The notes beneath the pieces are model-generated. The model saw nothing but the letters and a program-made list of their open reading frames with translations, ran no database searches and was not told the DNA's origin. A DNA stretch of 63,496 nucleotides, the filler included, from Craspedostauros australis (Eukaryota), in assembly GCA_030167865.1 (NCBI GenBank). It is 19 parts of 19 records of this genome, joined end to end, with 100 filler letters (N's around TTAATTAATTAA, not from the genome) between each part and the next. Parts side by side here need not be neighbours in the genome. Positions count along the whole stretch, not along the records: positions 32,275 to 35,202 come from JALAGF010000387.1; positions 35,303 to 36,456 come from JALAGF010000388.1; positions 36,557 to 38,069 come from JALAGF010000389.1; positions 38,170 to 39,993 come from JALAGF010000390.1; positions 40,094 to 45,446 come from JALAGF010000391.1; positions 45,547 to 46,589 come from JALAGF010000392.1; 13 more parts are not named here. The stretch is one strand, 5' to 3'. Shown here one piece after another: positions 33,961 through 46,689 of the stretch. Made by a program: the position numbers and the translations under genes. The stretch's first letter is position 1. The number at the start of each line of letters is the position of its first letter.

Positions 33961-36556
33961 ATTGTGTGGGTGAGTGTCGTGGTTTTTTATGACAGCAATG
34001 ATTTGTTCGGGTGGGTTGTTTTGACACGTTGGGAGGCAATACCACTGCAACGCTTGTTTTGCGACGCTGCTCTTTGGGTGTTTGGTTGCTTCTGTTCTTC
34101 CGGTGTGCCAAAACAAACCAGCACGGTCGTGCGCTCCATCGCGATGCAAATTCCGTCCTTCGTGGCCATGCGTACGCGCAGAACCTGGCTCAATTCCATC
34201 GCAGCGACGCATTCCGCGCCAGTGGTCGTGGATGATTTCGAATGCTGCGAAAAGACCGAGCAGGACCGGACAATCCGTTGGCGCGGTCGAATACCACATG
34301 GTGAGATGAAACTGAACACATTGAAGTTTCGCATTCCGCGGAAGTATTCGCGCGTGACTTGGAATGTCACGAAAAGACCAAGCAGGATCGGACAGTCCGT
34401 TGGTTCGGTCGAATACGACCTAGTAGGAATGGGCTCGGAACCACGTTGCAGTGTACAACCACACTAAATAGCGTCGCAGCGAACCCAAGACGCGACATGT
34501 TGGTCCCAAATGGCACTTTCAAAGACTTTGATAGCCCCAATAGTGTCACTTGCTGCACAACAATCGACAAGAATGGGTCTAAGTAATGCCGTTTTTGGTC
34601 GAAATCGACACCAAGGCATAAAATAGTCTCAAAATTATGTCAATTGGCATAGAAAGGGGCTAAGAAATGCCCCAATGGTGTTGCTCGAACCGTTCATTCT
34701 GAAACTGCCTGTTCAGAACTGCCACAACCAACACAATATTCCTGGCACATCGTGACACAGGGAGCAATCCGTTCAGAACTGCAGTGTATGTACAAACAGA
34801 CCAACATGTTGGGCGAATGCGCCAAAGGCGACGCAGTCCAAACGCTGTTTCGGTCCGGCCAACACAGAAAAAATGGTACAAATGAGAACATGTTCCACGA
34901 TTCGACGGCGAGATGGACACAACGGTGCGAATGTCCGAGGGAAACAGTAACGGTCGAATTTCGCACAGGACGAATAAATGTGACAAAGCGCTGCCGGTCT
35001 TCGTCTGTTTCTGTGTGTGCTGTTCTTTTTCGTTCGTTTCGATTTAGCCCGTCTGTTCTTACTGACATTGCACATGTGACAAGTTCGCACGATCGACCCT
35101 GCGCGCCATGACCCCATGCCCGGTTTGTTTCAGCAATACTGCACAGACACATGTCAGACACGACATGAAGAACAAATCATCCCGCGTACAACATCACTCG
35201 CGNNNNNNNNNNNNNNNNNNNNNNNNNNNNNNNNNNNNNNNNNNNNTTAATTAATTAANNNNNNNNNNNNNNNNNNNNNNNNNNNNNNNNNNNNNNNNNN
35301 NNAAATGACCAACACTATTGCGAAAATGCAGTTCAACGCAAGTAGTATCGATAGTATTTCTACGCGAGTTCCACACAGCTGATTTCGAACAAGCAGAGCT
35401 CGCGTTTGTCGTCCTTCTTCCTTTTGTCGGCGTTTGTGCTCCTTGGTTTTGGTGGCGCCTGTTGTGGCGGCTTGGTTCGTCGCTGNNNNNNNNNNNNNNN
35501 NNGTCCTTCACACAGCGCCGAATGGTTCTCGGTGTTGGACTCGCTTGCGTTGCCATCCGGCAGGCACGATACACACACTCATGCATTTGGTGTCTCTGTT
35601 CCATCCACGCAAATCGCCAACACAAATAGAGGAATCAACTGCTCGTGGTTCCTGATCATCCTCCTGTCAACGAATGCATTGTGATGCATCTTTTGAAGCA
35701 ATACACCACCGATGCCGACTCCACTGCGTTGCCATGGCTTTCGTCATGCATGATTTGGTGATGGTTTTGAGCCATTTCTGTTCTGCGCTGGCCTCATACA
35801 GCATCCTGGCGCGGAGTCAAAAGCACGTGCTTGTTGTCTCGTTTCTGTGTCGTTCGCCGCGTCCGGTTGCAGTACATTTTGCGCCAACGACAGTGTTTGG
35901 CGAACTTCAATTATGCCTCCTTGAACACAAGTTCATTGGTCGCAGGCAGTGTTCTTCGATTTCGGAGAGGCGACAGAGCATGTGTTCTCCGTGGTACGAG
36001 TTTGTCCATCTCTGTGCCCCAAACAACACACCACACAACACCCCACGAGGAGCAGAATCACACAAACACACAACTCCGCCAACCTTCTCCCACACACAGC
36101 ACATGCTCCCGCTGTCGTCACAAAATAGAAGCGAATCATTGGTGTTGGCCACTGCCACGTCGCCAACAAACCACTGCGACAGTCACAAGCCAGGAGAGGT
36201 GCATTTGTGCATTGTCGCACTGATAGCTACTCCTCTCCTCCTCCAATACTCTACTCCACCCTGCTCTGCTTGCACTCTATTCAGGTTACAAACCAGTTGC
36301 CATCGATGTAGTGTTTCGTTGAGACACTTCCGCACTTGTGTGTTGCAGCAGCAAGATGATTGTCATTCGAATAGCACTGATCATCTCGCATCGTGTTGTA
36401 CTGGTATGGTTGCGAGGACGTGATTGTTCACGTATCGCTGCAGAGCACAGGGTGCCNNNNNNNNNNNNNNNNNNNNNNNNNNNNNNNNNNNNNNNNNNNN
36501 TTAATTAATTAANNNNNNNNNNNNNNNNNNNNNNNNNNNNNNNNNNNNNNNNNNNN

Positions 36557-38069
36557 ATCTTCCATGCATCTTGGGTCAGTGGACTTGGTTTCATCTTCAG
36601 TCCATACTCTCTCGTGTCCCATACGAACTTCATGACTCGAGGCATTTCCTTGTATGCTGCGGCCGTTGGTCCATCCAACACCTTGGTCAGTTCTCGCACT
36701 GCATTGGCGATGTCGGGTCGAGAGTGTTTCACCAGGTATAGCAGCATACCTACTCCGCTTCGGTATCTGCTGTGTCGCTGCTTGTCCACTTTGGGTGCGT
36801 CGCTTTGCCTTTGGATGCCTTGCCCTGGTGTCCCAGGCGTTCCGTATCGTTGCAGCTTCACCACATCGCTTCCGAACGTATCGATGATGTTCTTTAGGAT
36901 GTGTGGTTGGTTCACCCAACAGTTCGTCTTGTCACGGTTGAAGATGATCCTGCAGCTCAGGTAGTCTTCGAGATCTTCCTCCACCTTGACACCGAACCGT
37001 TCCGCTCAGATATCCTTCACGAGCTTTTTCAATTCCTGCTCCTCTCCGATGCAGAGGCAATCGTCCACATAGGTGCCGATCAGTAGCAGTCTCCCTTCCT
37101 GATTCCGAATCAGTAGGCAAGGGTCTACCTCGCTCTGTCTGAACCCCAATTTGAATAGGATGTCGACGAGCTTCTTGTTCCATTGTCTCGCGCTTTGCAC
37201 GAGTCCGTAGATGGTTTTCTTGAGCAACAGGCATTCGTCGGCTTCGTGCCTCATACCCTTCGGGCATTGCATGTAGATCTCTTCATCGAGTTCTCCATGC
37301 AGGAATGCTGTCTCAAAGTCGATGATGATACTTTCCATATGTAATATCATCTTCATCGTGAGCATGATTCGGTATGTCGCATCATGTATCACTGGTGCGT
37401 GGTGTGCCGAGAAGTCGACTCCTGCGATCTGCGAGTATCCGCATGCCACGAGTCTGGCGCGGAATACCCCNNNNNNNNNNNNNNNNAAAACCCATTTGGT
37501 CTTCACACACCGCCGATCCTTCGGCATCTGGTCCTTCTTGATTTTCTCCCATACTTTCCTTCTGGCCATATCATAGAACTCTTTGTTGATAGCTTCACGC
37601 CATTTCTTTCTTTTGTTGGGATCCGCATGGTCCCAGCAGTCCTCGAATGTGGTTGGGTCCAGCAGCATTGCGACATTCGCGTGTTCTGCTCCTCCATTAC
37701 TTCGTTCTTCTTTCAATGCTTGGTCCGCAGCGATGATGTCATCTAATCTCATCATTCCATGAGGTGTGTCTATCATCGTACCTGCGATATCTCTGTTGAA
37801 TATTGACCCGTCTGCGTGGAAGTCGGGTCCTCCTGNTTNNGGTGGAGTTGTGATGGTCTCTTCGGGCGTCACATATCCCTCGCTGTCATTAGGTTCTGAC
37901 TCATCACTTGATCCGAGATCTCGCTCTTCCTCTGGGATTGGGTCGTTGTTGTACCCGGCGAGAGCGCTCAGCATCCTTGGTATGTGTGTTACAGGTTCTG
38001 CGACAGGGGTGTCTTCGGGCTCTTTCTCGGCCGCTTCGTCTACTTTCCCCTCGTCGTCCCTTCCGAATT
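36557..38069 (-). mobile_element. Ty1/copia RT fragment with one in-frame TGA
   Basis: KWV..FRARLVACGYSQ, APV, DFETAFLHG, KTIYGLVQSARQW, TYVDD, SRPDIANAVREL. ORFs 37006..37974 and 36505..36984 are in the same frame. Confidence 0.95.
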
Positions 38070-38169
38070 NNNNNNNNNNNNNNNNNNNNNNNNNNNNNNN
38101 NNNNNNNNNNNNNTTAATTAATTAANNNNNNNNNNNNNNNNNNNNNNNNNNNNNNNNNNNNNNNNNNNN

Positions 38170-39993
38170 ATGATCTCCGTCATCCATGTCATCGGGTAGT
38201 TGCGCGTAGTCCGATGGAATTGTGTTGCTTCGATGTGATCCTGTAACAGGATCATATGGATGGACGCGTGGTCGTTCACGTAAGAGTACGCGCATACATC
38301 CTCCAAGAATGTAGTGGAGATCCGTCTCTGGGATCGTCTCTGTTTCTGCTGCTTCCAGTATGCGATTGATCACAATCGAATTGGCGAGAATCTCTTCGAT
38401 TGATCTGAAATTCTCGGATAGGATCGATCCCATCATGTTCACCCATATTGGTCTGAGTACTCCTTGTGCGACTCCTGGGAACAGGTTCACTCCTGCTTCC
38501 ATTACTGCATCGAAGATGAGTTGCTTCTGGATCACCAATGCTGTCTCTGTTGCATATGGGACGGTGTCATGACGATGGAGGTAGTTGGATCTGTTGGGAT
38601 CCTCGATTGGTGGGAAGTCGATATTCGCTGGATAGATGACACGCTCGTTTGGATTGAAGCTGTCGTCTGGATGATTGCCGTCCTCGGATTCGTCGCTGTC
38701 ATCCTCGTCGAAGATGCCCGATCTGTTGATCCCCGCCGCTGGAGGAGGAGGCGCCGCGCCGCGGTCCGCCTCGTTGTCTTCATCTGCGCCGTCCTCGTCG
38801 GCATCGTCGTCGTCATCGCTCATGGCCTCTTCGATGTCGCTATCGTTGGCCTCGTTGTCCATCTCAGCTTCGTCGCTGTATGAACCGATCAGATCGTGCG
38901 CGTTGAAGCAGCATTCGTAGCTCGCTTCGCGTCTTGGATCCACCTCGTGGATGATTGGCTCCTCGCTGAGCCACTCCGGGACGATCTCATCGTCCTGTAC
39001 TTCGTCGTCACTCCCGACGTACTCGAAGTTATCGAAGAAGGAGTCTTCGATGTAGTCGTCGGACACCAACATGCAGAGCGGTATGTCCTTCGCAGAGAGT
39101 ACCATCTCGTGTCCGCTCTTGTCGTGTCCTTGTGTTGCTGTGTTGGCCTGCTCGTCGGCCTTCTTCTTCTCTTTGAACTTCTTCTTTCGGCACTCCGCCT
39201 CGCGGTGTCCAAAGATGCCACAGTAGTTGCACTTGCCCTTGAAGCCGCTTCCCTTGTTGCGCTTTCCGTTCATCTTGTTGTTGTTGTTGTTATTTTTCTT
39301 GTTGTTGGATTTCTTGCGTTCTGGGCAATCGGCGGATCTATGGCCATACACGCCACAATTGTGACAAGTACCCTTGAAGTTACCGGTGCTTGCGAAGCCG
39401 GTATCGTTGCTCTTCGTGTTACTGTCTTGGAAGTTGTCGACGTACGCCTTGCCTCCTCTGTGCGTGGCGTATGCAGTGCGGAGTACTCCTCTGATCGCAT
39501 TGATGGTAACCAGTTCCGGATTGAACGTGAGTTGGTGTTGGAAGTTCACGATGTGAGTTCTGTATTCCACGCTCACCGTGCTGAGGATCTGCATGATCAT
39601 TTCCTCGTCCGTGATCTCGTACTTGACATCGTGGAGACGCGATCGTAGACTCTCGAGNNNNNNNNNNNNNNNNNNNNNNNNNNNNNNNNNNNNNNNNNNN
39701 NNNNNNNNNNNNNNNNNNNNNNNNNNNNNNNNNGTCACCGCATCGGATGGTCGGAACTTCTCCGCGAGAACGTTCCACGCTGCGTGTGGATCTCCTTCAG
39801 GGTAGTCGTCAGAGATGCATTGGTTGATGTATTGGATGGCCTGCTTACCTTTTCCTTTCTCTGCATCCATCATGAGGATCAGATCACTGAAGCAGTCACA
39901 TCCCAGCTTGTAGATCTCCTCCATCGCTTCCTTGTCTTCATCGGCGGCTGCCGCGATCTCACTCACTGTTGGCACCTTGGTCTTGCCCAACAT
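38170..39993 (-). mobile_element. Ty1/copia gag region with two CCHC zinc knuckles and a long acidic extension
   Basis: CHNCGVYGHRSADC and CNYCGIFGHREAEC. AWNVLAEKF..LESLRSRL..ITDEEMIMQIL gag (UBN2-like) core. Confidence 0.9.
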
Positions 39994-40715
39994 NNNNNNN
40001 NNNNNNNNNNNNNNNNNNNNNNNNNNNNNNNNNNNNNTTAATTAATTAANNNNNNNNNNNNNNNNNNNNNNNNNNNNNNNNNNNNNNNNNNNNCTGTTGT
40101 CATAGTCTTCCACCGAGGAAGGCTACTCAACAGCATAGATTAGGCTAGACAGTATTGATGACGTCATTGTATGATTATTTTGATTATTTCAGTCCCTCCA
40201 AGATCCAACGCGAACGCGAACATTTGGGGAGAGCTCCCCACTGGTTGTCACCACGACAGGTTCCAGGGGTGGCTTCATTTTACATGCGATATCTCCCTAA
40301 TCCCGACTTCGGTTTCAGTTCTATCGGTCTTGTAGGGTATACCTTCATGTCAGCATCTTGTGTTGTCTTGTTAGTCTGTCTGGTAGTTTGTGTGTGTGTC
40401 TGCTAAGCGGTAGTGCTCCTTCATCTTGCGGGAGAGAAGTGTGCGGCATTGACTTCAGTAGAGTGCGATTGTGCAATGCAGTACTATTGTAGACTCTACT
40501 ATAGTGTCATCATTGTTCGCTATCTACTGCCCAGATGCTACTCTGCTGTGCGACTCTACTTCCTTCACACCCATTGGATCATTGCTCCTCTTTGCCATGG
40601 TGCACCATCATTCTCACCTTATGACGCCATTGCGATTCATGCAGCGCCCTTGTGGTCCTCAAATATGTGTTGGCTGTGCGTTTCGCGGTGCGCAGTGCAC
40701 AGCTCACGTAATGCA

Positions 40716-41217
40716 TGTTGGCAAGTTCCGCTCATGGATACTCTTGCGACTGTAGGTGACGGTAGTGGTTGTTACGGTTCTATTTGCTATTTCATTGCGT
40801 TGCTAGTCCAATGCTCTTGGAGTCTCCCAATGCTCCTGGTATCTGCTGTTGGTCCGACAATAAGTCGGCACGCGAGATACTCTCTCGCTGTTGCTCGTAT
40901 TCTCTCTCCCTCAATGTTGCATGCTGGTACTACGCGATATTCCATATACAATACGTACTCTGTATTTGGTATATACTCCATCATCTCGTTCTCTATTGGC
41001 CCGCTACTCTGCGAGTAATCGCCAATGTCTTGTCCAAATTCCTCCTTGTATATCCATGATCTTGATGTCACTTGGTCATCGAATCTCTGCCTTCTTGATC
41101 TGATGTGGAGACAGCTGTTGACGTGGTGACATGATGACATCCTGTCAACACCAGCTCTCACCTTCCACAATCCTCCAGATTCCACATTCCATTGATGATG
41201 CAATGGTCTGGCAAGAG
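40716..41217 (-). mobile_element. Truncated LTR copy of the copia family at 59460-61002
   Basis: Starts TGTTGGCAAGTTCC. Colinear with 41218-41730 and 60404-60880 (shared tggagacag..tgacatgatgacatcctgtc..ttccattgatgatgca). Confidence 0.75.
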
Positions 41218-41927
41218 TGTTGGCAAGTTCCATGATTGGAAGCCTGCGATCATGGAAGACAGTGTTGGTTGATAGTTGTTCACTTGCTATTTCAGTAGTT
41301 GAGCACTCCAATCCTCTTGGTGTTTGTTCTCTTGCCCAATGCTCTCAGTTTGTTTGTCTGTTTTGTAGATTGGGTCTCTGACTATGAGTCAGTACGTGAG
41401 ATGCTCTCTCTCTGCTATTTGTATTCTCTATTTCTCTCTCTCTCAATATCGTGTACTTGTGCTACACGATACTCAGTGTTCAATGCGTACTCCGCATTCG
41501 ATACTCCATTTGTTCACTACTGGTTCCTTCTCTATGAGTACTTACCACTTGAACTCCTCTTCATGTATTCATGATCTTGATGCCCTGCAGTCATCAAATC
41601 TTCACCTTCTGCTCCTGACATGGAGACAGATGTTGATGTGGTGACATGATGACATCCTGTCGATGTCAGCTGTTGTATTCCATGTTCTTCCAGATGTCAC
41701 GTTCCATTGATGATGCAATGGTCTGTCAGATGATATCATCATCTGGGGTTTAGTTGGGAGGTACCTTGAGCTTTGCTCGATACCATACGTTTTCATTGGT
41801 GGATGGACGGACGATATTCCTGATTCCCTCAGAAATCGTTGATTGCTAATTTCCTCCAGAAATTCTGCTCATTTTCGTGTGTTCCATTTCCACTGTGATT
41901 TTGATGAATCATATCTTACTATCAACA
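41218..41927 (-). mobile_element. Solo LTR (~710 bp), TGTTG...CAACA termini
   Basis: 5-bp inverted termini. Homologous to the sequence upstream of gag at 60404-61002. Confidence 0.75.
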
Positions 41928-43213
41928 CGAATGTAGTTGTTCCGTCCAAACATGTATAAGAGAATAACGGGTGAACAATGCACATATACACATACATCTT
42001 GACATATACTCACATGTACATCTCGACATGTGCAAGATCCACCCAATCATGATTGATCTGCTGACGTGCGTACCACTGTTTGGGATGATGAAAGTAGCTG
42101 GTCGCTGCGATCTTTGCCTTCCAGTACGAATCCATGGCACGTGCCTGCGGCAGTGCCTGTCACACTGCATCCACCAAAAGGAACGGACCCAGTTGTTGGC
42201 ATGGATCATGTGTGTGGACATTTCCAGAGCATGGTTGGGCACCTGGTTGGCTGATGACTATCCCTGCCTGATGACGAATCCTGCCTGGTTCGTATCAGTT
42301 CAGGTGCGGCTGCGGGGGTCCTGTTGTTTCGCGTTCAACATCAATATCAATATCGACGCTGGACTCGCCCGCTTTGTCATTGTTGATATAGTATGAGGTG
42401 TATTGCAAAGATGGTCCATCAAAGAGAAGTAGTGCATATTGTGTGGATGGAGATGGCCAGGCAAGGGTGGGTGCATCCGCAGAGTGGTGCCATACTTATG
42501 CGTACTTGTAGGAGCCGCCTTTGTGTCAGGAGCCGCACGCACGGAGTCTCACTGTCTCAGCACTATTCCGCGGATGAAGCCGCGCCGCCACCATGTATTG
42601 GCATTGAGGGGTATGATGAAACACCGGATAAATAGCCGAACGACCAACCGAACGAGCAGCGAGGATGGTCGGAAGGAACCGTCAGCACATACATGGCATA
42701 GTCAGGCATATTGATTTCATCCCGGGTGGCTGCAGGACTAGGACATCAGACCATGGAGTGCACGTACTCGTATGGCCTAGCATTTGGCAGCGAACATGAT
42801 ACAAATGATTGCTCGTCCAGCGCAGTCGTCTGGATGGATGACTGATGGCTTCCATCCACTCGCCACACGTTCACATGTTGATTCTGAACATCCGACAACG
42901 GCACAAGTCACCCCCGGCCTACGTGCTTATCCACAGGAGCACGAGCACCAATAGGCTTGCCCGCAGAACAAAATTGGTGTTCCTGATGTACGCTGCGAGT
43001 AGAAAATGATGTCGTAGACTTCGGTGATTATGCTTAGGTCGCGGAGTGCGGTACGCGCAGTCGGATGTTGTCGAGTCGGAGCAATATCATGATTTGATAT
43101 GGATTCTGGGACGTGCCGTCCAACTTTTTCTGATTGTGCAACGACGTCCCACTCTATCCAGACTGCGCTGCGCTGCGATGGGAGGAAAGTAGAATCGGTC
43201 ATTCCAGAGTTCT

Positions 43214-44547
43214 CTATCTTCGTCTTCGACGTTGCATGGACTGGGGACGGATGAGGAGAGAGTCGATCATCCAGCAAGCATTCTCGCCAGATCCCTCGGA
43301 GGCCAGGATGAAATTGACGCTCACCCAGTCCTTTGGACCATCGCCAGTCTTCAAGGATGCGTTGAAAAATGCTTTCTTGCCATCATGCGAGTACTGTCCC
43401 TTGTCGATGGTCTATGTGGGCGAGATGAAAGAGCACAAAATATGATACGAGCAAGGTCAGAGCGCAGCAAAGCGTGGTGGGTTGTTTGCGATTTTGATGA
43501 CGGCACAATTCATTTGCGCGTGGTGTAAAACGCAGCCCAGCGCAAAAGAGATGACATTGAAGATATCCGTGGAGCCGAAGAATGATGGGATGAGACATGG
43601 TATTCAGCCTGAAGAGATTGTGCACGTCGGCGAATAAAAGCAACAATCACCCGCAGTAGTCTACACAAATAGCTGGCACGATGGATACGCGCCGCAGATT
43701 CGAGGAGGCGTCGACTCACAATGCCTTGGTGTGTGAAGAGCACCTTGTATTCTGTTTCTCGGAGGTAGTCCGCGTACTCCTTTGGCGTGAGGCCGTTCGG
43801 TTCCTCCTGCTTGACGTACGAACCCTTGGAGGAGTAACCGAAGAAGATGTCAACGCCTCTGTTGGGACTTGGCGTGTCGTTGTTGCGCAATGCTTCCAGC
43901 ACGATGGAGCACACCTCGCCTGCGGTGAGATCCGAATCCGGCACGGTGGTGGGCGCCTCGTAGGGCTTGGGCCCATCAGCACCGCTGCTGCCACCGTCGT
44001 CGTCATCATCCTCGTTTGCTCCGCCGGAGACGTAATCCACGAACCCACCGGCTGTGTCTAAGACACGATCCTTGACCTCGTTGTACAGCTGGCGATTCGT
44101 GAGCTCCACGTCGCCTGCCAACTTCTCTCCGACGTCGCCGGTATCGTAGCCCAAAAACGCGTTGATGGCCCCCTGCGGTATGTTGGGTTCTGGTTCGTCG
44201 TCGTCGTCGTCGTCGTCATCGCCGTCACCTTCGGCATCCGAGCTCCCTGCCGCATCGGAATCGTCCTCATCGTCGTCCAGATCTTCCAAATCGTGCTGGC
44301 TGAGCTCCATCCCCTTCGATTGCGCGAGCTTTGAGAATTCTGCCATCAGGCTGGCACCCGACGTGTCAGGCGCATCGTCGTCGTTCCCCTCTGCGTATCC
44401 GCCTCCGCCTTCCGCGTTGTATCGGCGCCATTGGGCCTGAGTCATGCGGTTGGCATTGCCAAGTGATGCAACTCCAAAGCCTTGCGTCAATCCCATCATT
44501 CCGATGGCCACAGTCTGCAGCAGCAGCAAACTACGAAATGGCATCAT
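43214..44547 (-). CDS. Probably plastid-targeted acidic protein with C-terminal DUF4864-like domain; exons 44547-43720 and 43411-43214
   Basis: Signal peptide ending TQG-F. PDSDLTAGEVCSIVLEALRNNDTPSPNRGVDIFFGYSS. GTGAG..TAG intron leads to an exon missed by the ORF track (TIDKGQY..VNFIL..CWMIDSLLIRPQSMQRRRRR*). Confidence 0.8.
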
Positions 44548-44554
44548 GTTCCTT

Positions 44555-44813
44555 GCTATTGTTGTTGCTATTGTTGTTGCTATTGTTGTCGCTATTGTTG
44601 TTGCAAGTGCAGGGATCAAAGTTGACTGCACCTCAATTGACTGATTGCTTGTTCGATTGATCGACAGGTTGATCGACAGGTTGATCGACAGGTTGATCGA
44701 CAGGTTGATCGACAGGTTGATCGACAGGTTGGTTGATCGATGATCTATGAGATGCGCTGCACTTTCTGTTGTGATGTGTTGTGATGTGTTGTGATGTGAT
44801 GTGATGTGATGTG
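44555..44813. repeat. Cluster of short tandem repeats 5' of the gene: (GCTATTGTTGTT)x4, (GATCGACAGGTT)x6, (GTGAT/GTTGT)n
   Basis: Read directly. Confidence 0.95.
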
Positions 44814-45342
44814 GGTGACTTTGACGCTCTCTTTCTCTTTCTTGTTCCACCAGTTGCTGCGGTTGCTGCTGCTGCTGCTGCGTCGGCGGTTACGATTGCG
44901 TTCCTCGGCTTCTCTCACGCCAGCGCTTGGCTCGCACCAGAACACCCCTGTTCCTCGGCTGATGTCACCACATCACATCACGACACCAAGCAAATCCACA
45001 ACCACCGCGTGATCGACACGGCTTGCGAACTGAACGGAGCAGATCGCACCAGATCGCGTCACACTCCGACAGATGGCGGCAGGGACACCCGGCAAAAAGC
45101 AGCGGAAACGAAAATCGACTAGTACGACTAATTCGACACCCAAGAACAATTTTGTCACCCAGACACGAGAAAGCCACATGCGACGTTTTGACATCGATGA
45201 AGAACAAGTCTTCCTTCGAAGAACTTATGGAGGCATCCTGTNGGTCCTACTTCGGATAAANACAGCGAGGCANCGATGCAGCTCGCCGGCTTGATCGAGT
45301 CCCGTCAGTTAAGAAACCATACAGTTCGACATTCTAAATAAT

Positions 45343-45446
45343 TCGAATGACGGCTATTTAAATCTAATGACGGCTATTTGAATCGAGTGACGGCTATTTA
45401 AATCTAATGACGGCTATTTAAGTCGAGTCGCGGCTATTTGAATCGA
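45343..45446. repeat. 20-bp tandem repeat (TGACGGCTATTT(A/G)AATC..) x5, running into the gap
   Basis: cggctattt recurs at 45351, 45371, 45391, 45411 and 45431. Confidence 0.95.
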
Positions 45447-45546
45447 NNNNNNNNNNNNNNNNNNNNNNNNNNNNNNNNNNNNNNNNNNNNTTAATTAATT
45501 AANNNNNNNNNNNNNNNNNNNNNNNNNNNNNNNNNNNNNNNNNNNN

Positions 45547-46589
45547 CACACGCTGCACCTGACGCCAAGCCATTCCAGCTTGACATGCAGCACAAGTTGC
45601 ACAGCCTTCCGAGGCCCAGCCTTCCGGGGCCCAGCCTTCCGGGGCACAACCTTCCGAGGCCCAGCCTTCCGGGGCACAACCTTCCGAGGTCCAGCCTTCC
45701 GAGGCAAAGTCTTCCGAGACAGCCAGCAAGCTCACCTCCAGAGGGAGCTACACCTACACACGCCATCGCCACGCAGAACGCATCGCGATCCGCTCCATCC
45801 GCAACAGAACGTGCAGAGACCAACCAGCTTACACTCCAACTCCAATCATACCACACGCACACAGCTCGATCCTTCCATGCATCTGACATCCTCAACATGA
45901 ACTCCGGCGACCTGCACCCCATGTCATTCGCGGCAACACTCGCAGACGATGACACCATGTACTGGGGGCAAATGCAGAAGCAGAACGACCGCGACAAGTT
46001 CATCGAGGCAATGCACAAGGAGATCGAAGACCACCAGTCCAGACAACATTGGGAGGTCGTGCAACGCAATCAAGTGCCAAAAGGGCACAAGATCCTGAAA
46101 GCTGTCTGGTCATTCAAGCGCAAACGCAGACTCGCAACCGGCAAAATCTACAAGTGGAAAGCACGGCTATGCGTGCATGGAGGAGAGCAACAATATGGTG
46201 TCAACTACTGGGAAACATTTGCTCCAGTCGTGCAATGGTCCACCATTCGGACATTCCTCACCATGGCCGTCCAACGGCGCTGGCACACTCGCCAAATCGA
46301 CTTCGTTCTGGCGTTCCCGCAAGCGGATGTGGAATGNGACATCTTCATGCAAGTACCTCAGGGGTGCAACGTGGACGGAGACAGCAGGTCTCACGTTCTC
46401 AAGCTCAAGAAGAATCTGTACGGCACCAAGCAAGCCGCTTTGGTATGGCACCGGCATGTGGTTGACGGCCTGACGCAGCATGGATTCCGACAAAGCCAAG
46501 TCGACGAATGCCTTCTCTACAAAGGCAACACATCCATTCTGCTGTACGTCGACGACGCCATCATCATTGGCCCACACAAGCACGAGATC
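45547..46589 (+). mobile_element. Ty1/copia (CoDi-like) pol fragment (RT), with a 15-bp x8 tandem repeat at 45601-45720
   Basis: VWSFKRKR..YKWKARLCVHG, WETFAPVV, DFVLAFPQA, KNLYG, LYVDD. Confidence 0.95.
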
Positions 46590-46689
46590 NNNNNNNNNNN
46601 NNNNNNNNNNNNNNNNNNNNNNNNNNNNNNNNNTTAATTAATTAANNNNNNNNNNNNNNNNNNNNNNNNNNNNNNNNNNNNNNNNNNNN

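Noticed and set aside
32625..34299. Three 426-487 aa His-rich ORFs, possible metal-binding proteins
   Set aside because: All three frames give the same peptides because of the 8-bp periodic satellite. There is no codon-phase conservation.
35303..36456. 249-aa ORF or possible LTR fragment
   Set aside because: Composition looks non-coding and there are no recognisable boundaries.
43510..44850. ORF-track protein with SINL/IATT repeats and an alternative C-terminus
   Set aside because: The N-terminal extension is UTR microsatellite and the C-terminus is intron read-through. The real gene is 44547-43214 spliced.
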